A stretch of 63,043 nt of DNA, filler included, from Jimgerdemannia flammicorona (taxonomy: Eukaryota), in NCBI GenBank assembly GCA_003990765.1. It is 3 parts of 3 records of this genome, joined end to end, with 100 filler letters (N's around TTAATTAATTAA, not from the genome) between each part and the next. Parts side by side here need not be neighbours in the genome. Positions count along the whole stretch, not along the records: positions 21,053 to 42,002 come from RBNJ01001561.1; positions 42,103 to 63,043 come from RBNJ01001563.1; 1 more part is not named here. One strand, given 5' to 3'. The notes under the pieces are model-generated. The model was not told where the DNA came from and searched no databases. It saw only the letters and a program-made list of their open reading frames with translations. The position numbers and the translations under genes are program-made. Below are positions 35,879 through 49,647 of the stretch, piece by piece. How positions within the stretch are numbered: the first letter of the stretch is position 1; each line of letters starts with the position of its first letter.

Positions 35879-38800
35879 TGTTACATAGTGGTCACTAAGT
35901 TCTTCAAATACATCAGATTCTCTTCAAGGTGTATTTCTTAGACTAACTCAAATTTGTTATAAGTAAGTTCTTATTAGAGTGCCTTCCTAAGATCTTATAG
36001 TCCTCAAACTTCTTATCTTTAACCATCTTATTATCTCTTAGATTGCTTGTAAGGGATTGTATGTAAGTGAACTAGAACTGACTTTATTTCAAAGGAAATA
36101 AGAGAGGTATTTATACAAAATATAATTCAATGGTTGCTAATATATAAAGCTAAATATAAATTTCAATAACTAAAATAAAATGCTGGGACACAGAAAACTA
36201 CCAAGTTTCAATATTGGTACAGATGGTTGTATAGATTCAGGATACTGATATAATTTTGGTAATATAGAAAAAGAGTGCTGAAATAATTCTGAGTTATATA
36301 AGATCAGAATACCAGTAGAGAAATAGCTATTATACAGGAAAAGAATTCTGGCATAATTCAGTGTAACTAAGAGACTTAGAGCAGAATGTTCAGGACTATG
36401 GAGGCTTTATCCTCATCATTACTAAAGGAGATGAGATCAGTGAATATTTTGTTGTACATTTCATGTATATCATGCAGGATGACATTATTACCAATAATGT
36501 CATCACATTTGGTGGCAGCAGGAACAAGGAGGTCTGGGGCTCTCTAGTCTATGAGGTTCTCTTTCACAAAATAGAGAACAAATGTGAGGTCTTGAGGAGG
36601 TCTAACCTAGATGCTTGGGTCTTGAAATATTGAGATCAATCCTTGCAGGAATTGATCTGAGTTGTTCTAGAGAATAGGATTCCAGAAGTCTTCTACTTCA
36701 TCACTATTGAACTGGGCTTCTGTAGCCACTTGGACTTCTAGTGTATTAATATAGTGGGCTGACAGATCTCTGAAGTCTGAGACTCTAACATACTCTAAGT
36801 TGGGGATTGACTATAGTGCATGTCTGAAGATCTGATAAATCTTCTTAGCTATCCTTATTTCATATATATCCATAGGAGTGGCATCTTGTAACTCTTAAGA
36901 GCTGACCTGTGGGAACTCTCAGCAGAGAAGATTTCCTATTTCATACTCCTGTCATATTTGGAGACATTCAGTAATAATAGTGATCCTTGTTTCCATTTAT
37001 GGTAGTAGAGAATAAAGTGATAAGGATCTCTAGTACCCAGGTTGAGGCTAGGAGTCCTTCTTGTGTAGGTCCTCATGGCTTTTCTGATGTCTTGGAACAT
37101 CCTTTCTTTGACTGAGGTATCTTAGTGATTTCTTGATCTTGAGGTTTGGTGAGCAGTAGGTATTTTATTTATAGTAAGTCTTTGAGCTATTTTGAGATTA
37201 GTAGATATTGTTGGGTTACTGCTACTGTGGTTTCTTAGTCCTTCTTTTATATTTCTCAAGATGTCTATACTGTGGTCACAATGACTCATCGTTAGTTATC
37301 ATTGCTCATTTTATAGCCTGGGTGAGTTATACCATATGATCTTCTTGTGCTCTAATCTGGTGGCTTGTAAGGAAAGGCTGTCTCCTGTGCTGATGTCATC
37401 ATTCTGAGGCCACCATTATATCTTTCTCCTAAATAAGAATCTTCTTAAATATCCTTATTCATTGGTCCAGTTCTGAAAAATTTGTTGATCTCATAACCTC
37501 TGGCAGGGGGTTGAAAAGTGGTATTTATAGACTGGTATCTTCTTTATGTATTTTGGTATAATAGTGAAGAGTCACTCCCTTTATATAGAGTAAGGGCCTG
37601 ATTCTGATCTTGACCAATCAGTTAATAGTTCAAACTCCTTTAGCTTCAAAAGTCTTATAGATGAGTAGTTACTGGTGCCATATCTCTTAAAGAATGGTCC
37701 AGACAGATTGCTTGCTGATTATGGAATATACTGTTACAATTTGCAGACTAGAACCTTGCAGGTGGTCATCATATTTTGCTTCTCTTATATAGGTTTATAG
37801 TACTTCTTGAGTCTGTTTCTGTGTACTGTGATAGGCAGTATAGTCTCTGAGATTTTTCTAAGCCAAAAGGTAGTTCTCTTAATATCTTATATATAGAAGG
37901 GTCCTTTCTATTTAGGCTCCAGTTTTCACAACCATGAGGCTTCTACCATATTTTAATACAGTAGGACCTTTTCTCTAATTTAGATGGGTTCTAGGGTCTT
38001 GTGATTCTTTTCTGCATTCTTCTTTATCAGTGCTTGTAACTTGATGATATGATCTTCAGCCTTCTTTCTGATTTGGTATAGTCTCCAGATTTCTGAGTCA
38101 ATCTGTCTCTAAGTTAGGTCTAGATTTGTGGCTGAGATTCCATTGGAATCTTCTTCTCTAAAGAGCAGTTCTCTTGGGGTAAAGTATATACTCTATAACT
38201 GTATATCTCATAGGACAGAGAGGGCAGTTGGGAGGTAGTTATCCCAATTCTCATATGTATCTGAGATCTTCACTAGGATGTTCTTGAGGGTCTATTTCCT
38301 TGAGGGTAGTACATAGTAGTCTTGATGTACTGAATATTGTATTTCTGATACATTATCTCATAAAATCTATTGACAAATTCTGTACTGTAGTCTGTGATGA
38401 TTTACTTTGGTATCTAGTAGTGATAGATGATTTCTCAGTACAGGAAGTTGGCTATAGAGAGGACATTGGCTTCTTGTAATGCTCCTGTCTCTATCCATTT
38501 AGTAAAGAGATCTACAATAACTATAATATAGCAGTTTCCTGATAGTGTTACTGGTAGTGGCCCAATGATATCTATTGCAATATGGTAGAAGGAGATAGGC
38601 TCAATTCTTGATGACCCAGGTGTCTGGTCTTACTGATCTTGTTTCTGTTTTTGGCACTTATCACACTCTTTGACAAATTGGCACAGGTCTTCTTCCATCT
38701 TAGGCTACCACATAGTTCTTCTTACCTTATCATATATGTTAGTTCCTCTTAGATATCCTTGTTTATATACTTTCTTTATTATTTGATACTTCTTATATTT

Positions 38801-39130
38801 AGGTATTATGAGCTTTTCTCCTTTTCTAAGTATGATGTTGTCTAGTTTAAACTGTTTCCAAGTCTGGTTTATGATGGTGATTGTCCAGAGTTTAAGGTGG
38901 TTGGGTATCTTCCACTACTCAAGATAGCTGATTAATCTATAGTATAACTCCTTATTAATATTAAATAGTCTTGATGGGGGTATTTTGGAGTATTCTTGAG
39001 AGTATATCAGCATTGGCATTAGTTCTTCCTGGGTGGTACTTGACAGTACAGTTATACTCTTACAGTCTGTAGATTTATCTGACATATATTTCTTTGAGGT
39101 CAGGCCTTTTATACATGCTCCTCTATGTCT
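35879..39130 (-). mobile_element. Gypsy A 3' part: RNase H end, integrase, PPT and 3' LTR (35879-37420)
   Basis: YHPGRTNANAD, CDKCQK, IAIDIIGPL and a GPF motif; purine tract at 37421-37430 adjoining the LTR. Confidence 0.88.
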
Positions 39131-39295
39131 AAGCCACTAGGAGAGTAAGTATCTCAAGTTTTGGAGATTATAAATATAGGCTCCAAGGAGTGCCAACAGG
39201 TGTATCTCATCTCTTAGATATAGGAGTCCCACCTGGTCTTTTTGGTGTAGCCATAGCTTCTAGTTTCAGCAAGTTATAAAGATTCCAAGAATTTT

Positions 39296-40375
39296 GGGCA
39301 AGATGGCAAGATAGCAAGATAGCAAGATAGCAAGATGGCAAGATAGACAAAATGATAAGACAGGCAAGAGGGGTAAGATGGACAAGATGGGCAAGATGGG
39401 CAAGATGGTAAGATAGGCAATAGGGGCAAGATGGATAGACAATAAGATGGGTGATATGGGTAAGATAGGCAAAATAGGTATACAAGCAATACAGACAACA
39501 TGAGCAATATGAGCAACACAGATAACATGGACAACATAGGTAATATGGGCAATACAGACAGGCAAGACAGGTAAGATAGACAAGACAGGCAAGATGGATA
39601 AGATGACAAGATAGCAAGATAGGTGACATGGGCAAGATAGGCAGATGGCAAGATAGGTAACATAGACAAAATAGGCAAAATGTGCAATATAGACAATATA
39701 GACAACACAAACAACATGAGCAATACAGGCAATACAGGCAGGCAAGACAGGCAAGACAGGCAAGACAGACAAGATAGGTAAAATGGGCAAGACAGCAAGA
39801 TGACAAGATGGGCAACATGGGCAAGATAGGTAAGATGGGCAAGATGAGCAAGATGGGTAAGATAGGCAAGATAGACAAGATAGCAAGACAGCAAGATGGG
39901 CAACATGGACAAGATAGATAGATGGCAAGACAGGTGATATAGGCAAGATAGGCAAAACAGACAAAACAGGCAAAATGGGCAATATAGACAATATGGGCAA
40001 TATGGGTAGACAATATGAGCAATATAGATAATACAGACAATATGGGCAACATGGGCAATACAGGTAACATAGATAGGCAAGATGGGCAAGATAGACAAGA
40101 TAGACAAGATGGCAAGATGGGCAACATGGGTAAGATAGGGAGATGGTAAGACAGATGACATAAGCAAGATAGGCAAAATGAGCAAAACAGACAACATGGG
40201 CAATATAGGCAATATGGGCAATATGGGCAACATGGGCAATATGGACAGACAAGATGGGTAAGATGGGTAAGATAGGCAAGATGGGTAAGATGAGTAAGAC
40301 AGCAAGATAGCAATATAAGTAATATAGGCAACATGAGTGAGCAAGATGGGCAAGATAGGCTAGATAGGTAAGATA
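39296..40375. repeat. Degenerate 9-mer minisatellite (GGCAAGATG / GGCAATATG)n, ~1.1 kb
   Basis: Directly visible; accounts for the three overlapping low-complexity ORFs at 39207-40353. Confidence 0.92.
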
Positions 40376-40638
40376 GAAGATACTAATAGAGATAGGTCAG
40401 GTGTACTAGATACCAAATACTTGAGATGGTTGGGGCTCACAACCCATACCCACTGGGTGGGGCAGGCTGGGTAGGAGAATCTAGTTACTTGGGCAGTGAG
40501 GTTGCAACTTATATCCTAAAGGTATAAGGCTGAGTGAGTGTGAAGGTGGGTTGATATTGGAGTAGAATGGGGCTACTGATGTTATATGAGAATATGTGAT
40601 ATGTTATAGATAGTTAATAAATGAGGCTATAGCCTATA

Positions 40639-40641
<3 letters not shown>

Positions 40642-40696
<55 letters not shown>
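40642..40696. repeat. (AT)n microsatellite
   Basis: Directly visible. Confidence 0.95.
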
Positions 40697-40698
<2 letters not shown>

Positions 40699-41002
40699 CT
40701 TTGGAGTTTAGAGTGTAGAATGGCCAGGCAAGAGTGGAATGGTCTGTTTGAATAGTGAAGTATTTCCCAACTAGGTAGTAGTGGAACTTATCTACTGCCC
40801 AAACTACTACTAAGTATTTAAGCTTGTATAACTCATAGTTCTGTTCTGCTCTGGGGATACCTTGTCTTGTATAAGAGATGGTATATTTATATCCATCTTT
40901 CTTCTGAGCTAAAACTGCTCCAAGTCCTATAGTACTTACATCTGTCTACAGGATGAATTTTAGATTCTAATCTGGTCTTCTGAGAATGGATGCTTGGGGA
41001 CC

Positions 41003-42002
41003 TTTCACCGGTAACATTCAGGTGACACAAGATTTGGATAACACTTTCCGCGAAGTTTTTGGTGAAAAGCTACTATCAACATGGCGAGCAACGAGCAAAC
41101 TGGGGGGCAGGTCGGCCAGGGGGGCAGCCGGGCCTTCGACTGGCAGCAGGTTGGGAGGAAACGAGGAGATGGTTTGGGGATGCCAGGGCCGTCTGTGGTG
41201 GGCAGCGGCACTGGGGGTGGAGGGAGAGGTGGACTGAGGCAGAGAGGTGGGGGGAGGGCGACCTTTGCCAACAAGGTCAGGATGGGGAAGATGGCCACAG
41301 GGCTGGATGGTTGGTTGGGACTGGGAAAGGCGATGCCGGGTTCAGGAGGAGGGCAGGGAGGAGCCCCTATGGGAGCCTCCGTCGGTATGGGGGGAGGGGG
41401 AGTAGGGGTTGGAGATGTGACTGCTGATGGGGCTGTGACGGAGAATCTGGAAAAAAATCCAGATGTGATGGTGGTTGGTGGATCTGGTCAGAGGGAGGGC
41501 ACGAGGCCCGGGGACCTGGCAGATGGAGTGACAGGCATGGTGTCGGCACTGTTACTCAAAAAGTCGAGGTCCGAATTCGCGGTCACATTGTGTTTCCGAG
41601 GCTTGGCAGTGACTGCGAGGATGATTCTGGGGCTGGTGGCGCAGGAGGTGAAGGGGGCAGCTACGGTCAAGTTCATGAAGGGGAAGGAAGGGATTGAGGT
41701 TGGGTTTGAAGAGGTGTCGATGCTGGAGGCTATGGAGAAAGGGGTGGTAGTGGGTGGAGTGGTAGTTCCTATGGCGAGGTGCATGCGCTGGGACCCGAGA
41801 GTGGTGCAGTTGACGGTGCTGGATCTTCCTACGGTGTCGCGGGAGAGGGCTAGGGAGTTGATTGTGGAGGTGGTAAAGGAGTATGGAGATGTCATCGATA
41901 TCGGGTTCAAAGTCTGGGAGGGTACGGAACTTAGAACTGGAGATGTTGATGTGAGAGTACGCTTGTTTGGTCGGGAGAACACAGGGAAGGCGAGGGACTG
42001 GC
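41003..42002 (+). mobile_element. Young LINE copy, 5' end with open ORF1 from 41081; truncated by contig end
   Basis: Homologous to 7516-8515 but CpG-rich and free of stops. Confidence 0.88.
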
Positions 42003-42102
42003 NNNNNNNNNNNNNNNNNNNNNNNNNNNNNNNNNNNNNNNNNNNNTTAATTAATTAANNNNNNNNNNNNNNNNNNNNNNNNNNNNNNNNNNNNNNNNNN
42101 NN
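42003..42102. other. Artificial contig spacer
   Basis: 44 N + TTAATTAATTAA + 44 N. Confidence 0.97.
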
Positions 42103-42105
42103 AAA

Positions 42106-42158
<53 letters not shown>

Positions 42159-43411
42159 TGAAGCAGAAGACAATGATCCCTCTGACACCAATATGATCTC
42201 TAGCCAAGGATCTCTGCCAACCCTGATCACTCTGCCAACCTTACCAATGAACTTACAATAGTTCATAACTGCATATGAGACTTATTGAGACAATGACCAC
42301 TGGCATGAATACTAACTTGCATTCACCCCCGATTACTTTAACTACAATGAAGAGACCAGAGAACACAACCTATACCTTCAGACAACTCTCGAGATCAAAC
42401 CAACCACTCTACCACCTGAGTACAAGCAACATGAACCACAGCCACCAGCATACTATAACCCTGCAACTCACAGTGCTGTAACCTATAGAAGGTACGTAGA
42501 CAGCAAATCCAATGAAAGTGAAGACAATACACCCATCCTTTGCCCACCAACACCTTATCCAGCATACGAGACAGACGATACTATCCTGTAGGATGGAGAC
42601 GAAGTTTCAATATACTATTACCTCAGCAAAGAAGGAGAAGTAATCCACGAACCATTATTTCTAGATGACTACTTCATCAGAGATGATGCAATTGATGGTG
42701 ATGTCATCGAAGACTATCCAGACAGTACCTAAACCCATAAATAGCCTAGCAGTCATAGTATAGTTAGATTAGCCTTGTACGACGTGACTGTGAACTGACT
42801 CAGCAGTCAGACAATCTCTTGACATGTCAGATCACACTTGTACTATGTGACTGCATTCTGACTCAGCAAGGCACTTAGTGCTACATCCATATCTAGCATA
42901 GTCCAGATAGCCCCTCACTAGTATAAATACCCCCTCCCCCAGACCTCAGAATCTCAGACTCGAATACACAAGAACATTCCTGAATACTTCTCCACAATAT
43001 CCCTTTACATAACTACTCCTAGTATAGCAATATCATGAATAGCAAATAAACCTATTCAATAACCCACAACCCACTCTTAAGTAAATCCACTCCCTGTTAG
43101 GTCCCACTCCTAACTCCATCACAAAATTTCCTAATTGGGTATTGTCTGCAGCAATACACCAATTCAACTAAGCTAGTCTTAGTTTCTTGAACTTCCTGAA
43201 ATACGGAAAATCCTAAACATCCAGAACTAGTCCAAAAAAGGACTTTGGTTGAGATGTCAACCTGATCTTGAAATCAATAAGCATAGAGGACGTACTCCAT
43301 ACGAAATTGATCTTGACCATAAGAAAATGGTCTTCCAGAACATCCAGAATATTCAGAAAACCTTTCCAGAACTATGTAATAGTTACCATAAAAAGTAACC
43401 CTCTTACAACT

Positions 43412-43423
43412 TGGTAGCAGCGG
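43412..43423 (+). promoter_or_regulatory. Primer-binding site TGGTAGCAGCGG, probably initiator tRNA-Met
   Basis: 3 nt after the LTR; resembles the complement of eukaryotic tRNA-iMet 3' ends (TGGTAGCAG). Confidence 0.75.
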
Positions 43424-45361
43424 TTTACAATCCAATTCTGCTTCAAAATGCTTCCTCACCCTGCTACAAACCCTTCTGAGAATTCCTACAAGTTGGTATA
43501 AAGCCCAACCTCTGAACTGGAATTTATCCTGAACTATCTGACAATCTGGAGAGAATTGAACCTGATGTACAAGAACAATTTGACCTCCACACCTGCAACA
43601 AGTGGAACAAACTTCATTCAAAGAAAGAAGTACTCAGGTTAAACCAGCAAATAGGTGAAACCCTATTCACTGAACTCCTTGCACTACACCCAGCAAGTCA
43701 AGACAAAGAAGGTCTTATTGAAGCCTTCTTTACTCTTCTCAACAAGAGTTTTGTCAGCTCTACAAATCCGAGTAACCTAGGATAACCAGCAGCAGTCTTT
43801 CTAGCCTTAGTTTCTCACAAAGCCCAAGCCTCTATAGCTAAGTGGCTCAACTCTACCAACTTTCACCACACCAGGACCAAGACTGCCTTATACTACTAAT
43901 TCCAGAACAGCAAGGCCCGCCATATCCTTAAAGAAGAAGCAAGAGAAACCCTTCATCAACTACCTGACCCCGAACCTGAAGCAGGCCCTGCTACAGCCCT
44001 ACCTGAATCTGAAACCAATACTGAACCTGAACTTAACTTTGAATTAAGTCCATCTGAAATCAGATATACAACTGATTCTGTCTACTTTGATACCAAGCAA
44101 ACCCAATTACACAGGGACCAAACCGAAGAAGAGGAGGAGTATCTCAGTGAATTTGATCCCAGATATATCACCGAAGGAGAAGTACCTCCATCAGGACAGA
44201 ATACACCTACACAGTAACAAACAGTTATCTATCAAGCCCTCACTCCAGATCCACAACTACTACTCCAGCAACTTACACAGACCCAAAGAACACCATCACA
44301 CTCCACACTAGTATCTCAAGTAGTACCAGTAACACCACTACCAGTAGTCCAACCATTACTGCCTTAGCTGAACAGATCCGACCTACCAAAAATCTGAGCC
44401 TACCTACCTTCAATGGTACTGTACAAGAAGTCCAAAGCTTCATTAGTATAGTTGATACTAACTTTGAAGCCAATCAATGGACCAATGAGCGAGTTGCCGA
44501 CTGTGTTCTGACAAACAATCAAGACCACACCCTGGAACAACTCTTTGCTACCACTACAGCCTATGTCCACCGAGTTGTTACATTCTTCCGAGGACCTGCC
44601 AAAGAATGGTGGCAAACCCTCTCTGAAAAACCCCTCACATGGGATACCAGACCTGCAGTAGTTGCCCAGAATACAGCAAACAATGCCCCAGATATGGAGT
44701 CCATCCTGCAGCCTCTGGACTCAAACAACTTATAATTGCCCAATACTGCAGCAAAACCATGATCGCTGAATCCCAAGTAAAACTCTGCAACCTCAAATTC
44801 AATATATATGGCAAAGAAGAATTCGAAACCTTCTGTACAAAACTTGAGTCACTCCTGAACACTGTTGGCCTAGGATACATTGCCAATGATGAAGCACAAA
44901 ATGGTACAAGAGCAGACCATTTGTTTGATGCTCTGCCTGAATGGCTTACTAGAAAAATCCAAGAACAAGGTCGCCCAGTTGGTTGTGATCACCAACAATG
45001 GTGCCTGGCAAGAATCAAGACTATGGTCAAGCGAATTCTAACAGCTGGACCAATTCTGCCCCGAAGGCAATTCAACAACAAGGAAAAGACTTGGACCAAG
45101 AAAGAAGAACCCAAGCATGAAGCATCTCGAGCTCCCTCCACATCCACCTCTTGGACACCCAGAAATCATGAACCCACCCAGCTAAGTACCTTCAAGAAAC
45201 TTACTGAAGGCGAAAGGAATGAACTTCAAAGAAGTGGAGCATGCTTTTATTGCCAAAAGACAGGACACATGGCCAGTGCCTGCTCTAACTGAAAACCCCA
45301 AACAGCAACATGAGCAACTGTCACCACTCTGCACTACCTCAACAACCTGACCACCAGAACA

Positions 45362-45769
45362 CTAGACTTTGTCAAGCTAAGACAAACTGCTAAGGCCCCA
45401 ACCAAAGAAAGTCAAAAAGCAGCTGGATATGACCTGTATGCAGCCAAAGAAGCTACAGTTTCTAACCGAGAAGTCAAACAAGTCTACACAGGAATCAGTA
45501 TCCAAATCCCTGAAGGACATGTTAGAAGAATATGCTGTCGCAGCAGCCTAGTGTTGAAAGAACTCTCAGTAGAAGGAGGAATCATTGATGAGGATTATAT
45601 AGGCGAAATTATTGTCCTCATCCGAAACCACAGTTGGACACCCTTCAAGATTCCTATTGGCTTCTGCATTGCCCAGATCCTATTCGAAAAAATCAAGTCA
45701 ACCCTGACAGTCAAAGAAGTTCCTAAACTATTGCCCACTATCTGAGGATCCAAAGGATTTGGCTCATCA
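45362..45769 (+). pseudogene. dUTPase domain within the Gypsy B polyprotein
   Basis: All five trimeric dUTPase motifs: AGYDL, RSSL, GIIDEDYIGEI, IAQIL, (R>*)GSKGFGSS; in frame with gag. Confidence 0.92.
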
Positions 45770-45949
45770 AACAAAGCCCCAGCCCAATCTACCATGAGCA
45801 AAGAAGAACAATTCTATAAGAAGATCGAAGATGGATATGTACCAAGTGGCTGATGCCCTCATGGTATTGGAATGTACTCTTCCCGAATGATTGACAATTA
45901 CTTCTCTTGTGTCAATGAACTGGCTCAAAGAAGAACCAACAGAAGAAAA

Positions 45950-48900
45950 AGGCTCCTACAACTGAAATCACTACCATCGGATCAGACAAACTGCTCACCC
46001 TTAAGGCTTTTGTCAATGGAGCACCTGTCAAGATAATGATAGACAGTGGCGCCTCAGGCAACTTCATCAATGAAGAGACAGCCAACAGACTCAAGGTCTT
46101 TACCTCTCCAGTACAGCAAACTCAAGCAGTTGCTACAGCTGATGGAACCTCACATATCATCAGCAAAGAAGTCCACAATCTACCCTTCCAAATTGGCGAC
46201 TACCGAGTATATGTTACCCTCCAAATCGTACCACTTCTTGACAATGAAATCATCCTTGGGACTCTATGGTTAAAACAAGAGAACCCCATGATTGATTGGG
46301 TAAACCATTCTCTGACCATCAAGAAAGGATGCCACAACTTCAAACTATAAGGCGAAAAGGACTCACTCAACTCTAGTGACCCTGGACCAAAGATCACCCA
46401 CATTAACAAGCTACAACTCAAAAAATTGGCCAAGAAATGCCCTCTCTTCGCCATCTCCATCCAACCATCCAAAGGAGAATCTGAGAACTCTGAAGAAGAT
46501 TTTTCCAAAGTTGATAGCCATGTCAGACCACTACTCTAGAAATTCCAAGACATATTCCCAAAGAAGCTCCCAAAAGGCCTACCTCCCAAATGAGCAGTAG
46601 ACCATATAATCAAGACTATCCCAGATGCCAAACCAGCCTTCAAGTCAATCTACCACATGTCTCCAAGAGAAATTGATATACTCAAGAAGGAAATCAACGA
46701 ACTTCTGGAACAAGGATTCATCAGACCCAGTGTATCACCCTATGGTGCACCAGTACTCTTCATTGTCAAGAAAGGAGGAGATCTGCGAATGTGCATTGAC
46801 TACCATGATCTCAATGAACAGATCATCAAGAACTGTTGCCTACTACCAAGGATCGATGAAATATTCAATAGGCTCACTAACCCACAATTCATGAGCTCCT
46901 TTGATCTGTGAAATAGTTACTGGCAAATTGCCATAAAAGAAGAAGACATCTACAAGACAGCTTTCTGAACTCACTATGGATACTTTGAGTTCCTGGTTAT
47001 GCCCTTTGGCTTAACTAATGCTCCAGCAATCTTCCAGACACTGATGAATACCATTCTGCATCCATATCTGGATAAATTCATTATTGTCTACATTGACGAC
47101 ATCCTAGTCTTCAGCAAAACTCTGGAGGAACATCTCGAACACCTTGAACTAGTACTACTGAAACTCCAAGAAAACTGACTCTTTGCAAAACTCAACAAGT
47201 GCGAATTTCTCCTGAAAGAAATTCAATTCCTTGGACACATTGTCACTCCAAATGGAATCAAAGTGGACCCCAGCAAAATCTCTGCAATCAAGGGTTGGCC
47301 CAGACCCAAGAAACTGAAGGACCTCTAGTCATTCCTGGGATTAGCAAACTATTATAGGTGATTTGTTGCCAACTTTGCTAAAATCACTACTGCCCTCATC
47401 TAAATGACCAAGCACAGCAAGAAACAAGAACAACCCTGAACCATGAAACAAGAGAAAGACTTCAACAATCTTGTAAATTGGGGACACAAGCAAGATATCA
47501 CCTTTCAAGCACTGAAGGATGCCTTGATAACCACTCCAGTACTTCAAGTAGCAAATTCTGCCCTACCATATGAAGTCACTACTGATGCCTCTGACCTAGC
47601 TCTTGGAGCAGTACTCATGCAAGAAGGACACCCTGTGGCCTATCACTCCCACAAGTTCAATGATGCTGAAATCAACTATGCAACTCATGAGAAGAAAATG
47701 CTAGCCATCGTAGACACTCTGATCAAATGGTGACCATATCTAGAAGGAGCACACTTCACTGTATTGACTGACCACAAGTCATTAGTCAACATCAAGACAC
47801 AGGCTACTCTTTCCTGAAAGTAAGCCAGATGGATGAAAGTCCTCACCAACTTTGACTATGAAATCCAGTACCATCCTGGCAAGGAAAATATTGTTGCCGA
47901 TACAATCTCCAGACTACCAATCGAAGAGGTTATCCAAACTCTGACCTTAGTTACTAACACTATCATGGAACAAATCATTGCAGCATGTGCTGATGATAAG
48001 AAAGCTCAAGCACTCTGAGAAATCCTAAATAGTGATGATGCTGATAAGCATATCTGATACAACCAATACAAACTCAAGAATAATGCTATCTACTACAAGG
48101 ACAGATTGTATGTCCCAAACAACCGAGACCTCCGAAGGACTATCCTATTCGAATACCATGATGCTCCTACAGCCAGACATTTAGGATTTGACAAATGCTA
48201 TGAAGTTATGTATCTCCCGGAACTTCTATTGGCCCTACATGGCAGATCAGCTCAAAACCTACATCACTTCCTGTGATGCCTGCAAACAAAACAAGTCCTC
48301 AATACTAGCAAAACCTGGCTTACTCCACCCTATCTCAGTACCATCTGCAAATTGGGAACAAATCTCCATGGACTTTATTGTATAACTACCCCGAACCAAG
48401 AATGGGAAAGATGCAATTGTTGTCTTTGTGGACTACCTCAGCAAACAAGCCCACTTTGTACCTACTACCACTACTGCAACGGTACCAGACATAGCCATAC
48501 TCTTGTTTAATAATATCTTCCACTATCATGGTCTTCCTAAGATCATTGTTAGTGATCAAGATCTGAAATTCACTAGCTACTTTTGGAAAGTCCTCCATGC
48601 ACACCTTGGAACAAAACTTGCACTATCTACAGCCTTTCACCCAGAAACTGATGGTCAAACTGAAAGAATGAACTGAACTCTGGAACAAATGCTAAGGAAC
48701 TATGTTTCCTATAGATAAGATGACTGGCATGAATACCTCACTGCAGTTGAGTTTGTCTATAACAATAGCAAGCAAGCCTCTCTTGGAATGACCCCATTCT
48801 TCACCAATACTGGACAAAATCTAAACACCTCTTTGACACTTATCTGAACCAATGAAGAACCCTCTACAGTTAAAGCTATTGAAGAATTCTTACTCCGAAT

Positions 48901-49425
48901 GCACAATTTAAGCCAGATTGCCATTGAGAATTTATCACGAGCTCAAGAACAACAATCACAGTACGTTAACCAACACCACCAAGAAGAAACTTTTGATATT
49001 GGAGAAAAAGTTCTACTAGATATCAGAGGATACTGAGTTGACAACCTCAAGCACAGACCATCTACAAAGCTGAACAGCAAGTTCATTGGACCATTTGAAG
49101 TCATTGCACAAGTCTCTCCAACCTCCTACAAACTGGTGCTACTGGATACCATTAAGATTCACCCAGTCTTTAATGTTCAACATCTCAAGCGATACAATGA
49201 CAATGATGATGAGCTATTTCCAAACCGAACCACCAAACCACCTGCACCTATTATCATTAATGATCAAGAAGAGTATGATGTTGAACAAATCCTCAACAAA
49301 CATGGCAACAAGAGCCACCCTGAGTATCTTGTCAAATGGAAAGGTTACCCAATCTACGATGCAACCTGGGAACCCAAGACCAATCTCTAGAATGCTACCG
49401 ACCTAGTTCAGGAATATGATTCCTT
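45950..49425 (+). pseudogene. Gypsy B pol (protease, RT, RNase H, integrase, chromodomain)
   Basis: ORF fragments starting at 46036, 46657, 47443, 47833, 48428 and 49136; chromodomain YDVEQIL...YLVKWKGY...ATWEP. Confidence 0.93.
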
Positions 49426-49647
49426 GAACAACTAGAACCAAATACTCCACACCTATCCATACATACTATATACTATCCTCCTGAACATTATAATTATTGC
49501 AAACCAAACCAAGAACTCAGCAAAACAAGACAAGAATACTGACCCTTTGGAAAAATAGCCAAACTGAAAGCAAGCCTATTCTCCCTGTACCACTGAACAA
49601 AATTAGAAGGCCCTGACAAGGACGTCGAAAGCTAAGAAGGGGAGAGT

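Noticed and set aside
39207..40353. Three long overlapping ORFs (337-375 aa)
   Set aside because: Low-complexity translations of a 9-bp minisatellite.
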